Shown: one piece after another, positions 34,072-44,696 of the stretch
Position numbering within the stretch: the first letter of the stretch is position 1
Layout: every line of letters begins with the position of its first letter
IMG/VR virus record: IMGVR_UViG_3300001199_000005
Span: 1-64,000 of that record
Direction: 5' to 3' (one strand)
Source: a virus
DNA: 64,000 bases
Notes under the pieces: generated by a model
The model's database searches: none
Seen by the model: the letters and a program-made list of their open reading frames with translations, nothing else
Told to the model about the DNA's origin: nothing
Made by a program: the position numbers and the translations under genes

Positions 34072-36056
34072 TTTATTAATGTAGTAACTTCTTTTATCAT
34101 TGTACTTAAATTTAATTTATATTGTTCTAATAAGGCATCCTCCATGTCTTTCTTTTCTTTTAGTACTTCTGCATCATCCTGAAAACAGTTAGCGAACGGG
34201 CTAATGTACGATACTTTTGATATTGTTTCTGTAAGTGCGCAGAACTTTATCTTTTCTAGAATGTTTGAAGACATACCAACTTCAACAAACTTGCTAGGTC
34301 GGGGACTTACATAACTATATTCTGCCTTTGTAATACCTAATCGAGCACTCATTCTTTTGTAGAGCTCTGCAGCTGTCGGGTGAACAGAATCTTTCTTATT
34401 ATAACAATAGTGGTGCTCATTTAGTTCTTGTATCTTGGCCTTATTATTGCCGATAAAGTAATCTATATGCTGTAGAGTATTTCTTAGTTTTAGAGTTGTA
34501 GATGCATCAGCAAGAACTATTATTTCTATATTTAATTCTTTAGGAACTGGTGTATACAAATCTTTTTCTGCATGTTTACACCAAAATGGATTCCTCCCTA
34601 TAAGAACTGACTCTAATTCTTGTTTAAAAGAACCATTTCCAGGACTATAGGTAATCATAGGGTCAACAGTTTTAACTACTGGTTTAACATAACCAGGAGC
34701 TTTTGATATTTTAGGTCCTTTTAAAGTATCATACTCTTCTTTATTTAAAAAGAATAAATTTGCTACCTCTTCAACTACTTTTACTTCTTTATCACTATAA
34801 GACATATTTGTTACAATTTCCAGAATATACTTAGATTTCATCAATGCATCTTTAGCTTTATAAAATTTAGTTGTAGAAGATTTAACTGCTGCTTTATCTA
34901 AATCATCGTAGTTCAGAGCATCAATACGCTTCCACACTTTCTCTCTATTTCTATAATTCTTAAATTCTAAACTATAGAATCTAAATGTATTAATTATAAT
35001 TTTCTGAACATCTGCTAACCTCATATCAAACTTAAGACTAATAGTGTTAACAACACTATCCATTTTAACTTGAATAGGATAATTATAGTAATTAATAGCC
35101 TTATTAAATAGACACATGTATAGTGCTCTATTTTCATCAGTTTCTAATACTTTTGTTCCTTTTTGTGTTAGTTCGTTAATACACAGCTTAGCTTTATTCT
35201 CTAAAGCTTGTTCCAGTTTCTTATCAGAAATAAGTTCTTCTCTGTTTGGAGTTACAGCCAGTTCTCCTATATCAAATTTTAATACTATATCTTTAATATA
35301 ATTTTTAAGCTGGTTGTAGCTTTTTGGTATTACAGAAGGGTTTGGATATAAAACAGGGCCAAGAGCTATTCCATAACTAGAATCTACTATATAAAAATTG
35401 TCAAACTCAATTACTTTTGGTAGTACTACTTTGAAGTTATTAAGTATCACTCCTTTAAACAAAGGTACTATACTGACAACAGTATCTTCTATATTTTGAA
35501 AGTGTTCTGGTTTAATAGGGATACTAACTTTAGTTCCATTACGCTTATCAGTAGGTATTGCACCTAATGGTAAAATTTCAGGAACTGTATTATTTACTAG
35601 TTGGTATCTATATTCAACACCATCATAAACAGATACAATGTCCATAAAGTTATTATAAGCTAGGGCAGAAAATCTACCAATACCGAAACCACCAACAGTA
35701 CTATTACTTCCTCTTTTACTGGAAGCCCCTAGACTTTTATAAAGAGTCTCTATTCTTTCAGGAGATAGACCTAAACCAAAGTCTTCTATGTCTATGTACC
35801 CTGCTGCTTTTATTCCTCTTTTTGTAACTACTACAGGGCTTTTTTCTAATATGCCGTCTAATGATTCGCCTAAGTGTTGTGCTTTCTCTATTACTGCATC
35901 CTGTGCATTACATATTAGTTCTCTCAAACATGATTGTAATGGCGAAGCATAAGTATTAATAAGGAGATTGAAGGCATGCGCTACATTAGCTGGGTCAATA
36001 GTGCATAATATTGAACTCTGTGCTTGAATTTCATTTACTTTATAATCAACTTTCAT
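34068..36056 (-). CDS. rIIA-like protein (N-terminal HSP90/GHKL ATPase)
   Basis: RELICNAQDA, DFGLGL, SSKR, GGFGIG, NGT motifs; VTPNREEL. Confidence 0.8.
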   Translation of the reverse strand: MKVDYKVNEIQAQSSILCTIDPANVAHAFNLLINTYASPLQSCLRELICNAQDAVIEKAQHLGESLDGILEKSPVVVTKRGIKAAGYIDIEDFGLGLSPERIETLYKSLGASSKRGSNSTVGGFGIGRFSALAYNNFMDIVSVYDGVEYRYQLVNNTVPEILPLGAIPTDKRNGTKVSIPIKPEHFQNIEDTVVSIVPLFKGVILNNFKVVLPKVIEFDNFYIVDSSYGIALGPVLYPNPSVIPKSYNQLKNYIKDIVLKFDIGELAVTPNREELISDKKLEQALENKAKLCINELTQKGTKVLETDENRALYMCLFNKAINYYNYPIQVKMDSVVNTISLKFDMRLADVQKIIINTFRFYSLEFKNYRNREKVWKRIDALNYDDLDKAAVKSSTTKFYKAKDALMKSKYILEIVTNMSYSDKEVKVVEEVANLFFLNKEEYDTLKGPKISKAPGYVKPVVKTVDPMITYSPGNGSFKQELESVLIGRNPFWCKHAEKDLYTPVPKELNIEIIVLADASTTLKLRNTLQHIDYFIGNNKAKIQELNEHHYCYNKKDSVHPTAAELYKRMSARLGITKAEYSYVSPRPSKFVEVGMSSNILEKIKFCALTETISKVSYISPFANCFQDDAEVLKEKKDMEDALLEQYKLNLSTMIKEVTTLIK

Positions 36057-36759
36057 TCCAAATTATTGGTCTTAGTTCCTTAGAAATAAGAAACTTATTT
36101 ATAGTACTAAAACATTTATTACCATTCCACTCTCTATTATTCCTTATTGCAAAAGCAGGATGTTCATTGAGAATCTTTAAATGTTTATTGGTGATTAACG
36201 ATTCTAAAGTTTGAGCTTCTGAACCTATCAATAACCAGGCTAAATGTTCTTTTTTGTTAAGTACTTCAATTGTATTCTTAATAAATATTTCCCAACCTAA
36301 ATCTTTGTGAGATAAAGGTCTATTCTCTTCAACTGTTAGTGAAGAATTCAGAAGTAGTACACCCTGTCTTGCCCAGCAAGATAAATCTGTATACTCTGAA
36401 GGTGGAAATAATCTTAAATCAAAATCTATATGTTCTAGTATCTTTGCTAAAGATGGAACAGTTCTTAAAATTTCTCTGTATTCATCACATTTTTTTCTAG
36501 TAGAAAATGCTAGTCCATCAGCAACTCCTGGTGATGAGTACGGGTCTTGTCCTATAATAACTACTTTAACTGATACTTCTGGGCATTCTTTGAAAGCTCT
36601 AAACATGTCAGGACCGCCTGGATATACATTTATTTGACTACGTCGACTCTTTATAAAAGATAGTAGTTTCTTCATGTACTCTTTATTGAATTCAGGTACA
36701 AGAGATTCCCAAACTCCTAACGACCTTGCTAGAGAACTATATAATTCTTCATCTGTCAT
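36046..36759 (-). CDS. ung: Uracil-DNA glycosylase (family 1)
   Basis: VVIIGQDPY, GLAFS, PSL, QGVLLLN, HP motifs. Confidence 0.92.
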   Translation of the reverse strand: MTDEELYSSLARSLGVWESLVPEFNKEYMKKLLSFIKSRRSQINVYPGGPDMFRAFKECPEVSVKVVIIGQDPYSSPGVADGLAFSTRKKCDEYREILRTVPSLAKILEHIDFDLRLFPPSEYTDLSCWARQGVLLLNSSLTVEENRPLSHKDLGWEIFIKNTIEVLNKKEHLAWLLIGSEAQTLESLITNKHLKILNEHPAFAIRNNREWNGNKCFSTINKFLISKELRPIIWNES

Positions 36760-37769
36760 AGTATATACTTTTCAGGGCTGGTATAGCCATATACTTCACA
36801 AAAGGCGATACCTTTTAGTAGCCTTTGATATTCTGCATTACCGTATTCAATATATTTCTGAGGTATTTCAAAAAGTGCTGACCTATAAGGTTTTCTAGTT
36901 TCAACAACTATCATATTTAGTGTTAAACTATAATCATTGATATTTCTAAATTCTTTTCTAAGATACTCTACTAAATGAAAAGCGTAGAATGCCATCTGTC
37001 TGTAATGTTTTCTTGTAACAAACATTCCTGGATTTATTCTTGTTTCTCCACCAGGAATAGTAACTATCTTATTACCATAAGTTTCAAGAGGATAGCCTAA
37101 TGTTTTAAAATCATTTATTATAACCCTTTTGTATCTATGGTCAATGGACCAGTTATCTAACTTAGCTTTAGTTTTTAATTCTACTAATTTAGTCTTACCA
37201 CTATCGCCATTAATAGGTATTTCAAAAGTGTGGAAGTAAGCATCTTCTTTAAAAATGTCTACTGCTATTCCAGGATTCATAGCTTGAATACAGGTCCTAT
37301 TATTAAGTACTGATTCATAGCAACCTTTTATTTGTTCATATATATCTGGAGAAACTATAATAGCATCTTCTACAATTGGTGTATTAATATATGTCCATGC
37401 AGTTGCATTATCTTTAATCTTTTTTAACAAATCTTCATCAGCCATTTTAGCATAGTAATCAACTATTTTACAAGCACTTAATATCTTTGCATCAAGTTCT
37501 CTTTCCGAATTATCTAGCCTTACTTTGTCACAAACTTCTCCTAATTTTGCACTAGGTCTTGTAGCCTGTATAGTTGCAAACCTATTAAATTCTTCAAGCA
37601 CTGCATGCAATGCTGAACCTGTAACTAGTGCTTTACAGTACCCCGCGTACTCATCATATCCTTGTGCATATCTTTCTGGAGAACCATCTTCTTCTGGATT
37701 GAATAGCTTTAGTTTACTATTGCTAATAGCATCAATTGAGAAGTACTCTTTATCTTTTATTTTCATCAA
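36756..37769 (-). CDS. PD-(D/E)XK exonuclease (RecE/ExoVIII-like)
   Basis: AISNSKL, GSALH, KAKLD...INDFKT, YRQMAFY. Confidence 0.75.
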   Translation of the reverse strand: MMKIKDKEYFSIDAISNSKLKLFNPEEDGSPERYAQGYDEYAGYCKALVTGSALHAVLEEFNRFATIQATRPSAKLGEVCDKVRLDNSERELDAKILSACKIVDYYAKMADEDLLKKIKDNATAWTYINTPIVEDAIIVSPDIYEQIKGCYESVLNNRTCIQAMNPGIAVDIFKEDAYFHTFEIPINGDSGKTKLVELKTKAKLDNWSIDHRYKRVIINDFKTLGYPLETYGNKIVTIPGGETRINPGMFVTRKHYRQMAFYAFHLVEYLRKEFRNINDYSLTLNMIVVETRKPYRSALFEIPQKYIEYGNAEYQRLLKGIAFCEVYGYTSPEKYIL

Positions 37770-38214
37770 CTAACTTTTGAAAGTCCTGTTTAACAGCTAC
37801 TTGCTTACAGTAACTCTGAAATTTAGCATCAGAATATACGTGTTTCATCATGTTGACAGGCTTAGCCACTAAAGCAACATTTCCCTGTATATAACCTATT
37901 GAACTATCTATTCTGTCTAATGACATGTCATCATAATCTAATATTTGTTCTGTGTATTTACACCTCCTCCCACATCCATCGAGTAAACCTTGTAGGTATT
38001 CAATAGGTATAGTAAATTCTTTATCTCTATCTTCTGCAGATTTCTTAAACCTATTCCATAACTTAATATAATCAGGTTTAGAATGAGTGCATTTTTTGCA
38101 CTTAGTACCAGCATCATTAGCTTTCTTCCAAGATGCTTTACAACTATAATTTATTATATTGCCACAACCACATTGTCTATCATAAATTAATTTGACTTCT
38201 GGATTCTCGTTCAT
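37750..38214 (-). CDS. HNH/His-Me-finger homing-endonuclease-like protein
   Basis: CKYT...SLDRIDSSIGYIQGNV...NMMK. Confidence 0.7.
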   Translation of the reverse strand: MNENPEVKLIYDRQCGCGNIINYSCKASWKKANDAGTKCKKCTHSKPDYIKLWNRFKKSAEDRDKEFTIPIEYLQGLLDGCGRRCKYTEQILDYDDMSLDRIDSSIGYIQGNVALVAKPVNMMKHVYSDAKFQSYCKQVAVKQDFQKLVDENKR

Positions 38215-39226
38215 ATCTAATAGCTTTACAGGATTTAGTCCTCAACTTGTTATCCTTTAAAAGTTGCAAGACTTTGTTTACTTCCTTCTTAGCGTCTTCA
38301 AATCCAAGCCCTTTGATTAAATCACTGATGTCTTTATATCCTTGATTCTTTCGGTAACTTGATATTGCAACACAAGCAAGTTGATATTCATTTCTTACCT
38401 TAATCATACTTAGTTTACCAGCAGTATCCCAATCATAATTGATAATAACATTAGTAAACCTAGATTTTAGGTTATGGACTAACTCAGCAGATAATCTATT
38501 AGACTCTCCTTGAGGGGCTATAGCCCATAAACCTAAAGCACGAAATGACATAACATCCTTCATAGACTTAGTAACTATAACTAAATCTCCTGTGTCAGGT
38601 AATTGCTTTAAGCCTTGAATTGTATCTGTATTGCATAAAAATCTAAGAGATTGTTTAGTTGGAAAGTAAATCTTCCATCTATTTGTTCCAAAATAATAAC
38701 CATAGATAGGCATTCTTGGACTAGTTGAATAATGTGGGTACATATCTTCTTGGTAATTAATCCAGACATGTTCGCATTTAAACACTTTATATAGTTCCAA
38801 AATATCTGGAGTAATTCCAAATTGCTTCCAGTAATTAAGGTCTTTAGTTTCCATAGTACCTAATGTTACCGAAATTTGTTTGTATTCTTTTTCAGTTGGT
38901 AGTGTAGGAATACTAGAAACTTCTGGAATCTTACCACCCTTCATATCTTGATAAATCTTCTTTAAAGCTTGACTATATGTAATACCAAACTTTTCCATTA
39001 CAATAGAGATGAAATTACCATTAAATCCATTTCCGAAATCTTTCATTCGAATCTCACCAGCAGTATTTAAATAAAGACTGCAAGTTGGATTATTATCAGT
39101 TCTCAATGGCGATTTAAATAAGCCTGACTGAATCGGCACTCTAAGATAATATTCTATAATAGCAGCTTCTCCAATCGAATCTTTTAAATACTGCTTTGTA
39201 ACTATTGGTGTACTTTCTATTTTCAT
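38180..39226 (-). CDS. DNA primase (Toprim), crAss-like
   Basis: SPLRTDNNPTC N-terminal domain; TKSMKDV, APQGES, YDWDTAG, KDISD. Confidence 0.85.
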   Translation of the reverse strand: MKIESTPIVTKQYLKDSIGEAAIIEYYLRVPIQSGLFKSPLRTDNNPTCSLYLNTAGEIRMKDFGNGFNGNFISIVMEKFGITYSQALKKIYQDMKGGKIPEVSSIPTLPTEKEYKQISVTLGTMETKDLNYWKQFGITPDILELYKVFKCEHVWINYQEDMYPHYSTSPRMPIYGYYFGTNRWKIYFPTKQSLRFLCNTDTIQGLKQLPDTGDLVIVTKSMKDVMSFRALGLWAIAPQGESNRLSAELVHNLKSRFTNVIINYDWDTAGKLSMIKVRNEYQLACVAISSYRKNQGYKDISDLIKGLGFEDAKKEVNKVLQLLKDNKLRTKSCKAIRYERESRSQINL

Positions 39227-39229
39227 AAT

Positions 39230-39266
39230 AAAAAAAAATAAGGGGAGAAGACTTAACCTCTCCCCT
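39230..39266 (-). terminator. Intrinsic terminator
   Basis: AGGGGAGA...TCTCCCCT hairpin followed by U-run on minus strand. Confidence 0.75.
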
Positions 39267-39279
39267 ACTTTATGTTTTC

Positions 39280-39885
39280 TTATACTAAGTTTGCAATGTC
39301 AACTCCTGCGGCTACAGTAGCTTTTTCAATATCTGATGGTTTAGCTTTGGAAGCTTCTAGCACTTCAATACTCTTAGCTTCGTCGGCTGTAAGAATTAAG
39401 TTTTGCCCGAAGAACTTACCATCCTTTTTTAAATATAGTAGTCCGTTGTCACCAACGCCACTAACATATTTATTAATATCTACATATCCTGAACGAAGTT
39501 TAGTAATCTTCAAATCACCTGTTTTACCTTCAGCTGTTTTTAAGTAATTAAACATATCATCAAAAGATGAGAATTCATATTTGTTAGGTAAACCAACTCC
39601 TGATGTAATAACATTAATTCTTTGAATCAGTTGTTCAACAGCTGATGGTTTTTGCCCACCAGTTTCAAAAGCACCTCTTATTGTGTCTTTATCAGTTGGT
39701 TCCCATTCTGTAAGTTTGAATGAGCCGTTGGCATTTGTGAATATAATATTTACTATATTCTTTACTTCACCAGTATCTTTTATAGTTTTTTCTTCTTTGT
39801 TGACACTGATAACGACATTTTTGTGTAGACCTAAACCTAAATATGTTGATTTAGAGATGGTTGCTGGGTCGATTCCGAATTTCAT
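39280..39885 (-). CDS. Hypothetical protein, possible ssDNA-binding protein
   Basis: Position between Sak4-like ATPase and primase; function inferred from synteny only. Confidence 0.4.
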   Translation of the reverse strand: MKFGIDPATISKSTYLGLGLHKNVVISVNKEEKTIKDTGEVKNIVNIIFTNANGSFKLTEWEPTDKDTIRGAFETGGQKPSAVEQLIQRINVITSGVGLPNKYEFSSFDDMFNYLKTAEGKTGDLKITKLRSGYVDINKYVSGVGDNGLLYLKKDGKFFGQNLILTADEAKSIEVLEASKAKPSDIEKATVAAGVDIANLV

Positions 39886-39947
39886 AGTTTTTTTCTTATT
39901 AAGAATTTAATTTATACTTAGTATGTTTTACTCTTAATAAAAATAAA

Positions 39948-40367
39948 CTAAGCTTGTATTTCGTCAACTACCTGAGTTAATTCAGTTTCTTTAACTGAAG
40001 CTTCCAAAGGTTTTGCAACGAATTTGTAAACAGGATTTTCTGAGTTTTCTACTAATTCAAGAGTGAATACAGTTCCTAAGTTGGTTACAATACTACGCTT
40101 TTCTCCTGAATATTGGAATGAATTAGATTTATTTATCTTAGCACCTAAAGTACCTTTTTCACCTAAAGTTCCCCTATTCACAACGAGAACTACATCATTG
40201 TTTTCTCTTACACCTACGAAGAATCTATTAGTTTCTTCGATTTTTGCACTATTCACAAATGATTGTGATAACTTGATACTGTTTTTATACACTTTTGCAT
40301 CAAAAGATTCTTCTGCAAGTTTTTGAGCTTTTTTAGTATTAGCTAGGATTTCATTAATAAGATTCAT
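39948..40367 (-). CDS. Hypothetical protein
   Basis: 139-aa ORF. Confidence 0.6.
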   Translation of the reverse strand: MNLINEILANTKKAQKLAEESFDAKVYKNSIKLSQSFVNSAKIEETNRFFVGVRENNDVVLVVNRGTLGEKGTLGAKINKSNSFQYSGEKRSIVTNLGTVFTLELVENSENPVYKFVAKPLEASVKETELTQVVDEIQA

Positions 40368-40423
40368 AAGAATTTGATATATAAGTAAGAGTTTCTACAT
40401 GTGTTATACTTTATTTTTTTAAT

Positions 40424-41107
40424 TTAATTATCATATGCTTGGACGCATTCTAAAACATATCCTAAATCGTTAGGTATTTTTATATCTGGGAACATATCAG
40501 CAGGAGACTTACATGTGTCTGTACCTGATGATTGAGTTCTAAACCATTTCTTAACTACATTGCCTTCGATGGCGCCTTCGCCATAAAGAACAGTAGTGAA
40601 TAGTCCTTCAAGTACTACCTTTTCGTCAAGTAGTTTACCAATAGTCTTGAATTTCATACACATTTGACCACCATCAGCATACTCTTCTGCGTGACTTAGA
40701 ATAAATATAGTCAAATCAGGTCTTAGACTTCTAGCTGTTTCAAGTAAATCCCAAATCTGTTTAGCTAAATCTGTAAATTTATCGTAACCTTTAACTTTAG
40801 CATCATCCATAAATTTACCAGACATGATGTATTGAAAGTCATCAATAACAACAGCCTTAATACTTGGTTTGCCATCAATAGCAACAAGTAATTTAGCTAT
40901 TACTGCTGGGTCCCTAGTTGTAACATAGTTTTTTGACTCTGCATTATACAATTTTCTCCAACCTTTAAATGGTAAAGGTTTATCTATAGTATTAATTAAA
41001 TACGTTGTGGAAGGGTCTAAGCCTTTTATTCCTAATTTTTCGGATTTACCGATTGAGGAAGATTTACCCTGACCTGAAAGAGCAAGAACAGCAACGAGAT
41101 TAGCCAT
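40424..41107 (-). CDS. AAA_24 / Sak4-like ATPase
   Basis: ALSGQGKSS Walker A; VVIDDFQY Walker B; KTIGKLLD, EGLFTTVL. Confidence 0.85.
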   Translation of the reverse strand: MANLVAVLALSGQGKSSSIGKSEKLGIKGLDPSTTYLINTIDKPLPFKGWRKLYNAESKNYVTTRDPAVIAKLLVAIDGKPSIKAVVIDDFQYIMSGKFMDDAKVKGYDKFTDLAKQIWDLLETARSLRPDLTIFILSHAEEYADGGQMCMKFKTIGKLLDEKVVLEGLFTTVLYGEGAIEGNVVKKWFRTQSSGTDTCKSPADMFPDIKIPNDLGYVLECVQAYDN

Positions 41108-41139
41108 GTTTTCATATTGAAAAAACGTTAAGCTACTTA

Positions 41140-42120
41140 TTACCTAGAAGGTAATTCTGTTGTTGGATAATCCCAAATACGATTGTATTTGAGTTCATGT
41201 TTCTGTACTATAGTCCCAGTCCACCCATCCCTCTGTTTAAGCACTGAAAGTAGCATTAAATCATCTTCTTTTGTTGGGTCTAGCTTGGACTTACCTGTTG
41301 GTATCTTCTCAAAAAACTCTAAGCCATAGTAGCCAGGTCTGTGCATAGTAAGCACAATATCAGCACATTGCATAACAGAGTCAGCACCAAATATATCTGA
41401 AGCTACTACAAGACTTTTACCAATGTCTTCTCTACTTTTAGCAGCAGTTTCAATATTTCTATTTAACTGTGATAGAAATATAGTAATTGCACCAGTAGAG
41501 TTCTTCAACTCCATACCAGCCTTCATAAAACTAGTTATAAGTTCTTCTTCAGTTCTTTCTTTCGATTTACTAACTAACCTAGTATGGTCTACAACTACTA
41601 CAAATTGATAATCAGGATTATCCTTAATTATCTTATGTTTTCTAGCTGACCAAACATTAACGTTTTCAGTTATTTGGTTGAAATAAATTGGGTAATGGTC
41701 TAGTTCCTTAGATAAACTTAATAATCTTTCATAATACTCTTCTTCTAACGGAGTTTTGAAGTTAAGAATACTATTTACAGTCTTTTCTAATCCACTAGAA
41801 TACATTCTAAGAACATTTCTCCAACCAGGCATTTCCCAAGTATCAAACAGAACAATGACTTTATCTTTGTAGTAAGGATTAAGTATTGGGTCACAAAAAT
41901 CCTTAATATCTTGGATTATTCGTGCTGTCTTACCCTGACCTGACCTTGCTGCAATCACAACCTGCATTGACGGGTAGTACCCGCCTATGTTATCCTGTTC
42001 TTTTGGGGAAGATGTTAATAGAGGTTTTAAGTTACCAGCTCTTATTTGCTCAATGTACTTGTTGGTTTCTTTCGTTACCTCTGATATATGTCTGTAGCCT
42101 TCATATAAATTTGACAGCAT
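41140..42120 (-). CDS. DnaB-like replicative helicase
   Basis: AARSGQGKT, EM, VDH, LSQLNR, D..GAD...AD, KQRDG. Confidence 0.85.
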   Translation of the reverse strand: MLSNLYEGYRHISEVTKETNKYIEQIRAGNLKPLLTSSPKEQDNIGGYYPSMQVVIAARSGQGKTARIIQDIKDFCDPILNPYYKDKVIVLFDTWEMPGWRNVLRMYSSGLEKTVNSILNFKTPLEEEYYERLLSLSKELDHYPIYFNQITENVNVWSARKHKIIKDNPDYQFVVVVDHTRLVSKSKERTEEELITSFMKAGMELKNSTGAITIFLSQLNRNIETAAKSREDIGKSLVVASDIFGADSVMQCADIVLTMHRPGYYGLEFFEKIPTGKSKLDPTKEDDLMLLSVLKQRDGWTGTIVQKHELKYNRIWDYPTTELPSR

Positions 42121-42670
42121 TTTGTTCCTCTTTGAAATTCTCCCACATCTTGTTCTTAATAAAATCTTCTATTGTGAAGTCGATTTGCTTTTGCTGTTTT
42201 GCTATTTCTAATCCTGCCATGACTTCTCTGTGTATTGGTAGTGAAAATCTAATTTGTTTCCCGTACCACAAAAAGAAATCTTCAAGGGAAGCGAATTCTT
42301 TACCTATTTTTCTGGTAAGCAATGCTCTACCATCTATTCTATAAGACCTTTCGATTGGGAAAGCATCCCATAATTCTTGACCATGAATCAAAGCTTCAAT
42401 AAAGAATTTTGATTTAAACTTCTTTGTTAGTTGTAGACTTTCGTAGAAGAAAGGTCCAGAGCTGTCAAATGGTTCTAGAATACCTAGTTCTGTGAGTTTA
42501 TTTAACCTTCCATAATTAATATGAATTTTACCATCACTAAACTCAAAGTATTTGTAGGCCAGTGCCATTTGGTTATATTCGTGTGAAATGTGCAATATTT
42601 CAATAAGGAAATAATCCTCAGCTTGTATGCCGAGTTTGCACATTATATCTAATTGTTTTTCGATAGTCAT
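42101..42670 (-). CDS. Hypothetical replication-associated protein
   Basis: ORF immediately upstream of DnaB-like gene; ELWDAFP motif. Confidence 0.5.
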   Translation of the reverse strand: MTIEKQLDIMCKLGIQAEDYFLIEILHISHEYNQMALAYKYFEFSDGKIHINYGRLNKLTELGILEPFDSSGPFFYESLQLTKKFKSKFFIEALIHGQELWDAFPIERSYRIDGRALLTRKIGKEFASLEDFFLWYGKQIRFSLPIHREVMAGLEIAKQQKQIDFTIEDFIKNKMWENFKEEQNAVKFI

Positions 42671-42699
42671 AAGTTCTAAGCTTTAAGAAAACAGAATAC

Positions 42700-43092
42700 T
42701 CAAAGGCGGATAATATAGCCCTCACCTTTTATAGTATTAATGAAACCTTCCTTATTGGTCGGTAACAAATATAGCTTAGTTGAACCTTGTAATCTTATTG
42801 TGTCTCCAAATTTTTCATGTATAAAAAATTCTATAACATCTTCATTCCTTTCGTAGATTCTTGGAACTAATGGTGTAGTTGCTTCATTGAAAGCTTCCAG
42901 AATAAATCTCTGTGTGATTAACCATACTTCAAAATCTCTAAGTGGGGAATAGTATTTAACTTCTGAATTTAATGTTTGTAAAACAAGCTTACCAGTATAG
43001 AATCTATAATCAAAGTAGTTATCCCAGAATATGCTGTTCGGTCTTATCAACATCGACGTCAAATCCTGAAATAAATTGCCTGAGTGTGACAT
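42700..43092 (-). CDS. Hypothetical protein
   Basis: ORF in packed series. Confidence 0.5.
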   Translation of the reverse strand: MSHSGNLFQDLTSMLIRPNSIFWDNYFDYRFYTGKLVLQTLNSEVKYYSPLRDFEVWLITQRFILEAFNEATTPLVPRIYERNEDVIEFFIHEKFGDTIRLQGSTKLYLLPTNKEGFINTIKGEGYIIRL

Positions 43093-44469
43093 TTTTTATG
43101 TATTTTGATTCTCCTTTTGTAGCTGCTCTATTCCAAGTTTCATCTTGAGTTCCTTCAAGGACTAAATTAATAACTAATTTACTTTCAATATCAGCTTCTA
43201 ATCTAATCCCTCTTCCTCTTCTCTGCTTTCTTTGAATGTGGGAAGAAGTTCCTGCTAATATAATCACTTGATTAATTCCTTTTATATCTGCACCAAGGTC
43301 TAGTGCTTTTACAGTATTTAATGCTGTTATCTCGCCACTAGTTAGTTTAGCTATAAGCTTCTTCTTCGTACTTTCAGCTAAAGTACCATGATAAACTGCA
43401 CCAGTTATTTTCTTAGCGGTTTCTTTTGATTGTGAAAAAGTAAGGGTCTTAGTAGTAGTGTGGTCAGTATTTGCCAATATAAAATTAGTGAGAGCTATCT
43501 TTGCAGGATGGTCATAACAGAATCCTATCCTAGCTCTCATTGCCCTTACACCCATAGCGGCATTTCTTCTTATCTCGTTGGGCGGTATATTAAGTTCTAA
43601 AGATTTATCATTAACATAAGTTGTATCCTTTAATCCTTTGAACATATCATCTAAATTGTAATCGAACATTGCAAAACACTTATTAAATGTTGCTTGATTC
43701 TTTTTATATTCAGTTAAATCAACAGGTATAAAAATATTATATTCAACAAAATCTGATACCCATTTATTCTTTAAAGCCTCTGCTAATGTAATTTTATCAA
43801 TAATAGGACAAATTGTTAGGAAGACTTCTTCCTTCATGTCTGGCCTATTTACTGTTGCAGTTAATCCCAATAACCATTTATAAGTTATTTGATTGAATAT
43901 CTCTTTTCTAGTGGTAGAGGCAAATGCATGAATTTCATCAATGATTAACAAATGTACATCATAGTTTTTCTTCAAAGCAGTATTTATTACAACAACTTCC
44001 ACACAACTATCAACCTCACTTTCCCATTGTTCTTTCAAATGAGTAGTAGGCACTAAGACTAAAATTTTGGAATCAGGTCTTTTCTCTAGCATTCTTTTAC
44101 ATATAGTGGTTGCTACACGAGTTTTCAATTTTGTTATCGCGTGGCTTTTTATCCACGCTTCAATACCTTTTTCTTAGATATTGTTCAGCATATATTTTCA
44201 TCCGTTCTGGACGACGAGCACTCTTGGAGAAATTATATTCTATCACTAGTTTCATTCTCTATGCGTTACGGTGACTAATACTGTTACATATTAATTTACC
44301 TCGGTGCTACCATTCCAGGCTTCCTCCGATTTTGCTCATTTCATATTCAACTTTCCAGCTGAATAGGGCAATCTTAATTACCAAATCCTGTTACAGCCTC
44401 AATAGTTCCAATACCTTTATTAGCTTTCCACTTATCTATACATAATTCTTGTCTTTCATTTCTCGTCAT
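43019..44469 (-). CDS. SF2 DEAD/H-like helicase, spliced (exon 1 44380-44469, exon 2 43019-44125)
   Basis: MTRNERQELCIDKWKANKGIGTIEAVTGFG|KTRVA restores Walker A; DEIH, TAT and QRRGRGIR motifs. Confidence 0.9.
44126..44379 (-). mobile_element. ORF-less group I intron (254 nt) in helicase
   Basis: Exon ends in U, intron ends in G; P1 GGU|AAU-UAAG-AUUGCC with U.G at the splice site; P7 GCAUA/UAUGC; P9-like GCGUGG..CCACGC. Confidence 0.88.
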
Positions 44470-44696
44470 ATCAATTGTTCTACATCTATATAGACTTTTG
44501 GTAATTGATGTTCTTTTAAGAACTCTACTATTGCTTCCTCTAAGTTATCCATGATTACTTGCTCTTGCACTTTGACTTGAATATAAGGTAATTCAGTAGC
44601 ACTTACTTCAACACTAAAGAAGTCTTCATCATAGTAAATTCTAAGAAAAGCTCTGATTGCATCTCTTACTTGTATCATTTCTCCCAGTGTTCGCAA
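44466..44696 (-). CDS. Hypothetical protein
   Basis: ORF between PolA and helicase exon 1. Confidence 0.55.
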   Translation of the reverse strand: MRTLGEMIQVRDAIRAFLRIYYDEDFFSVEVSATELPYIQVKVQEQVIMDNLEEAIVEFLKEHQLPKVYIDVEQLI

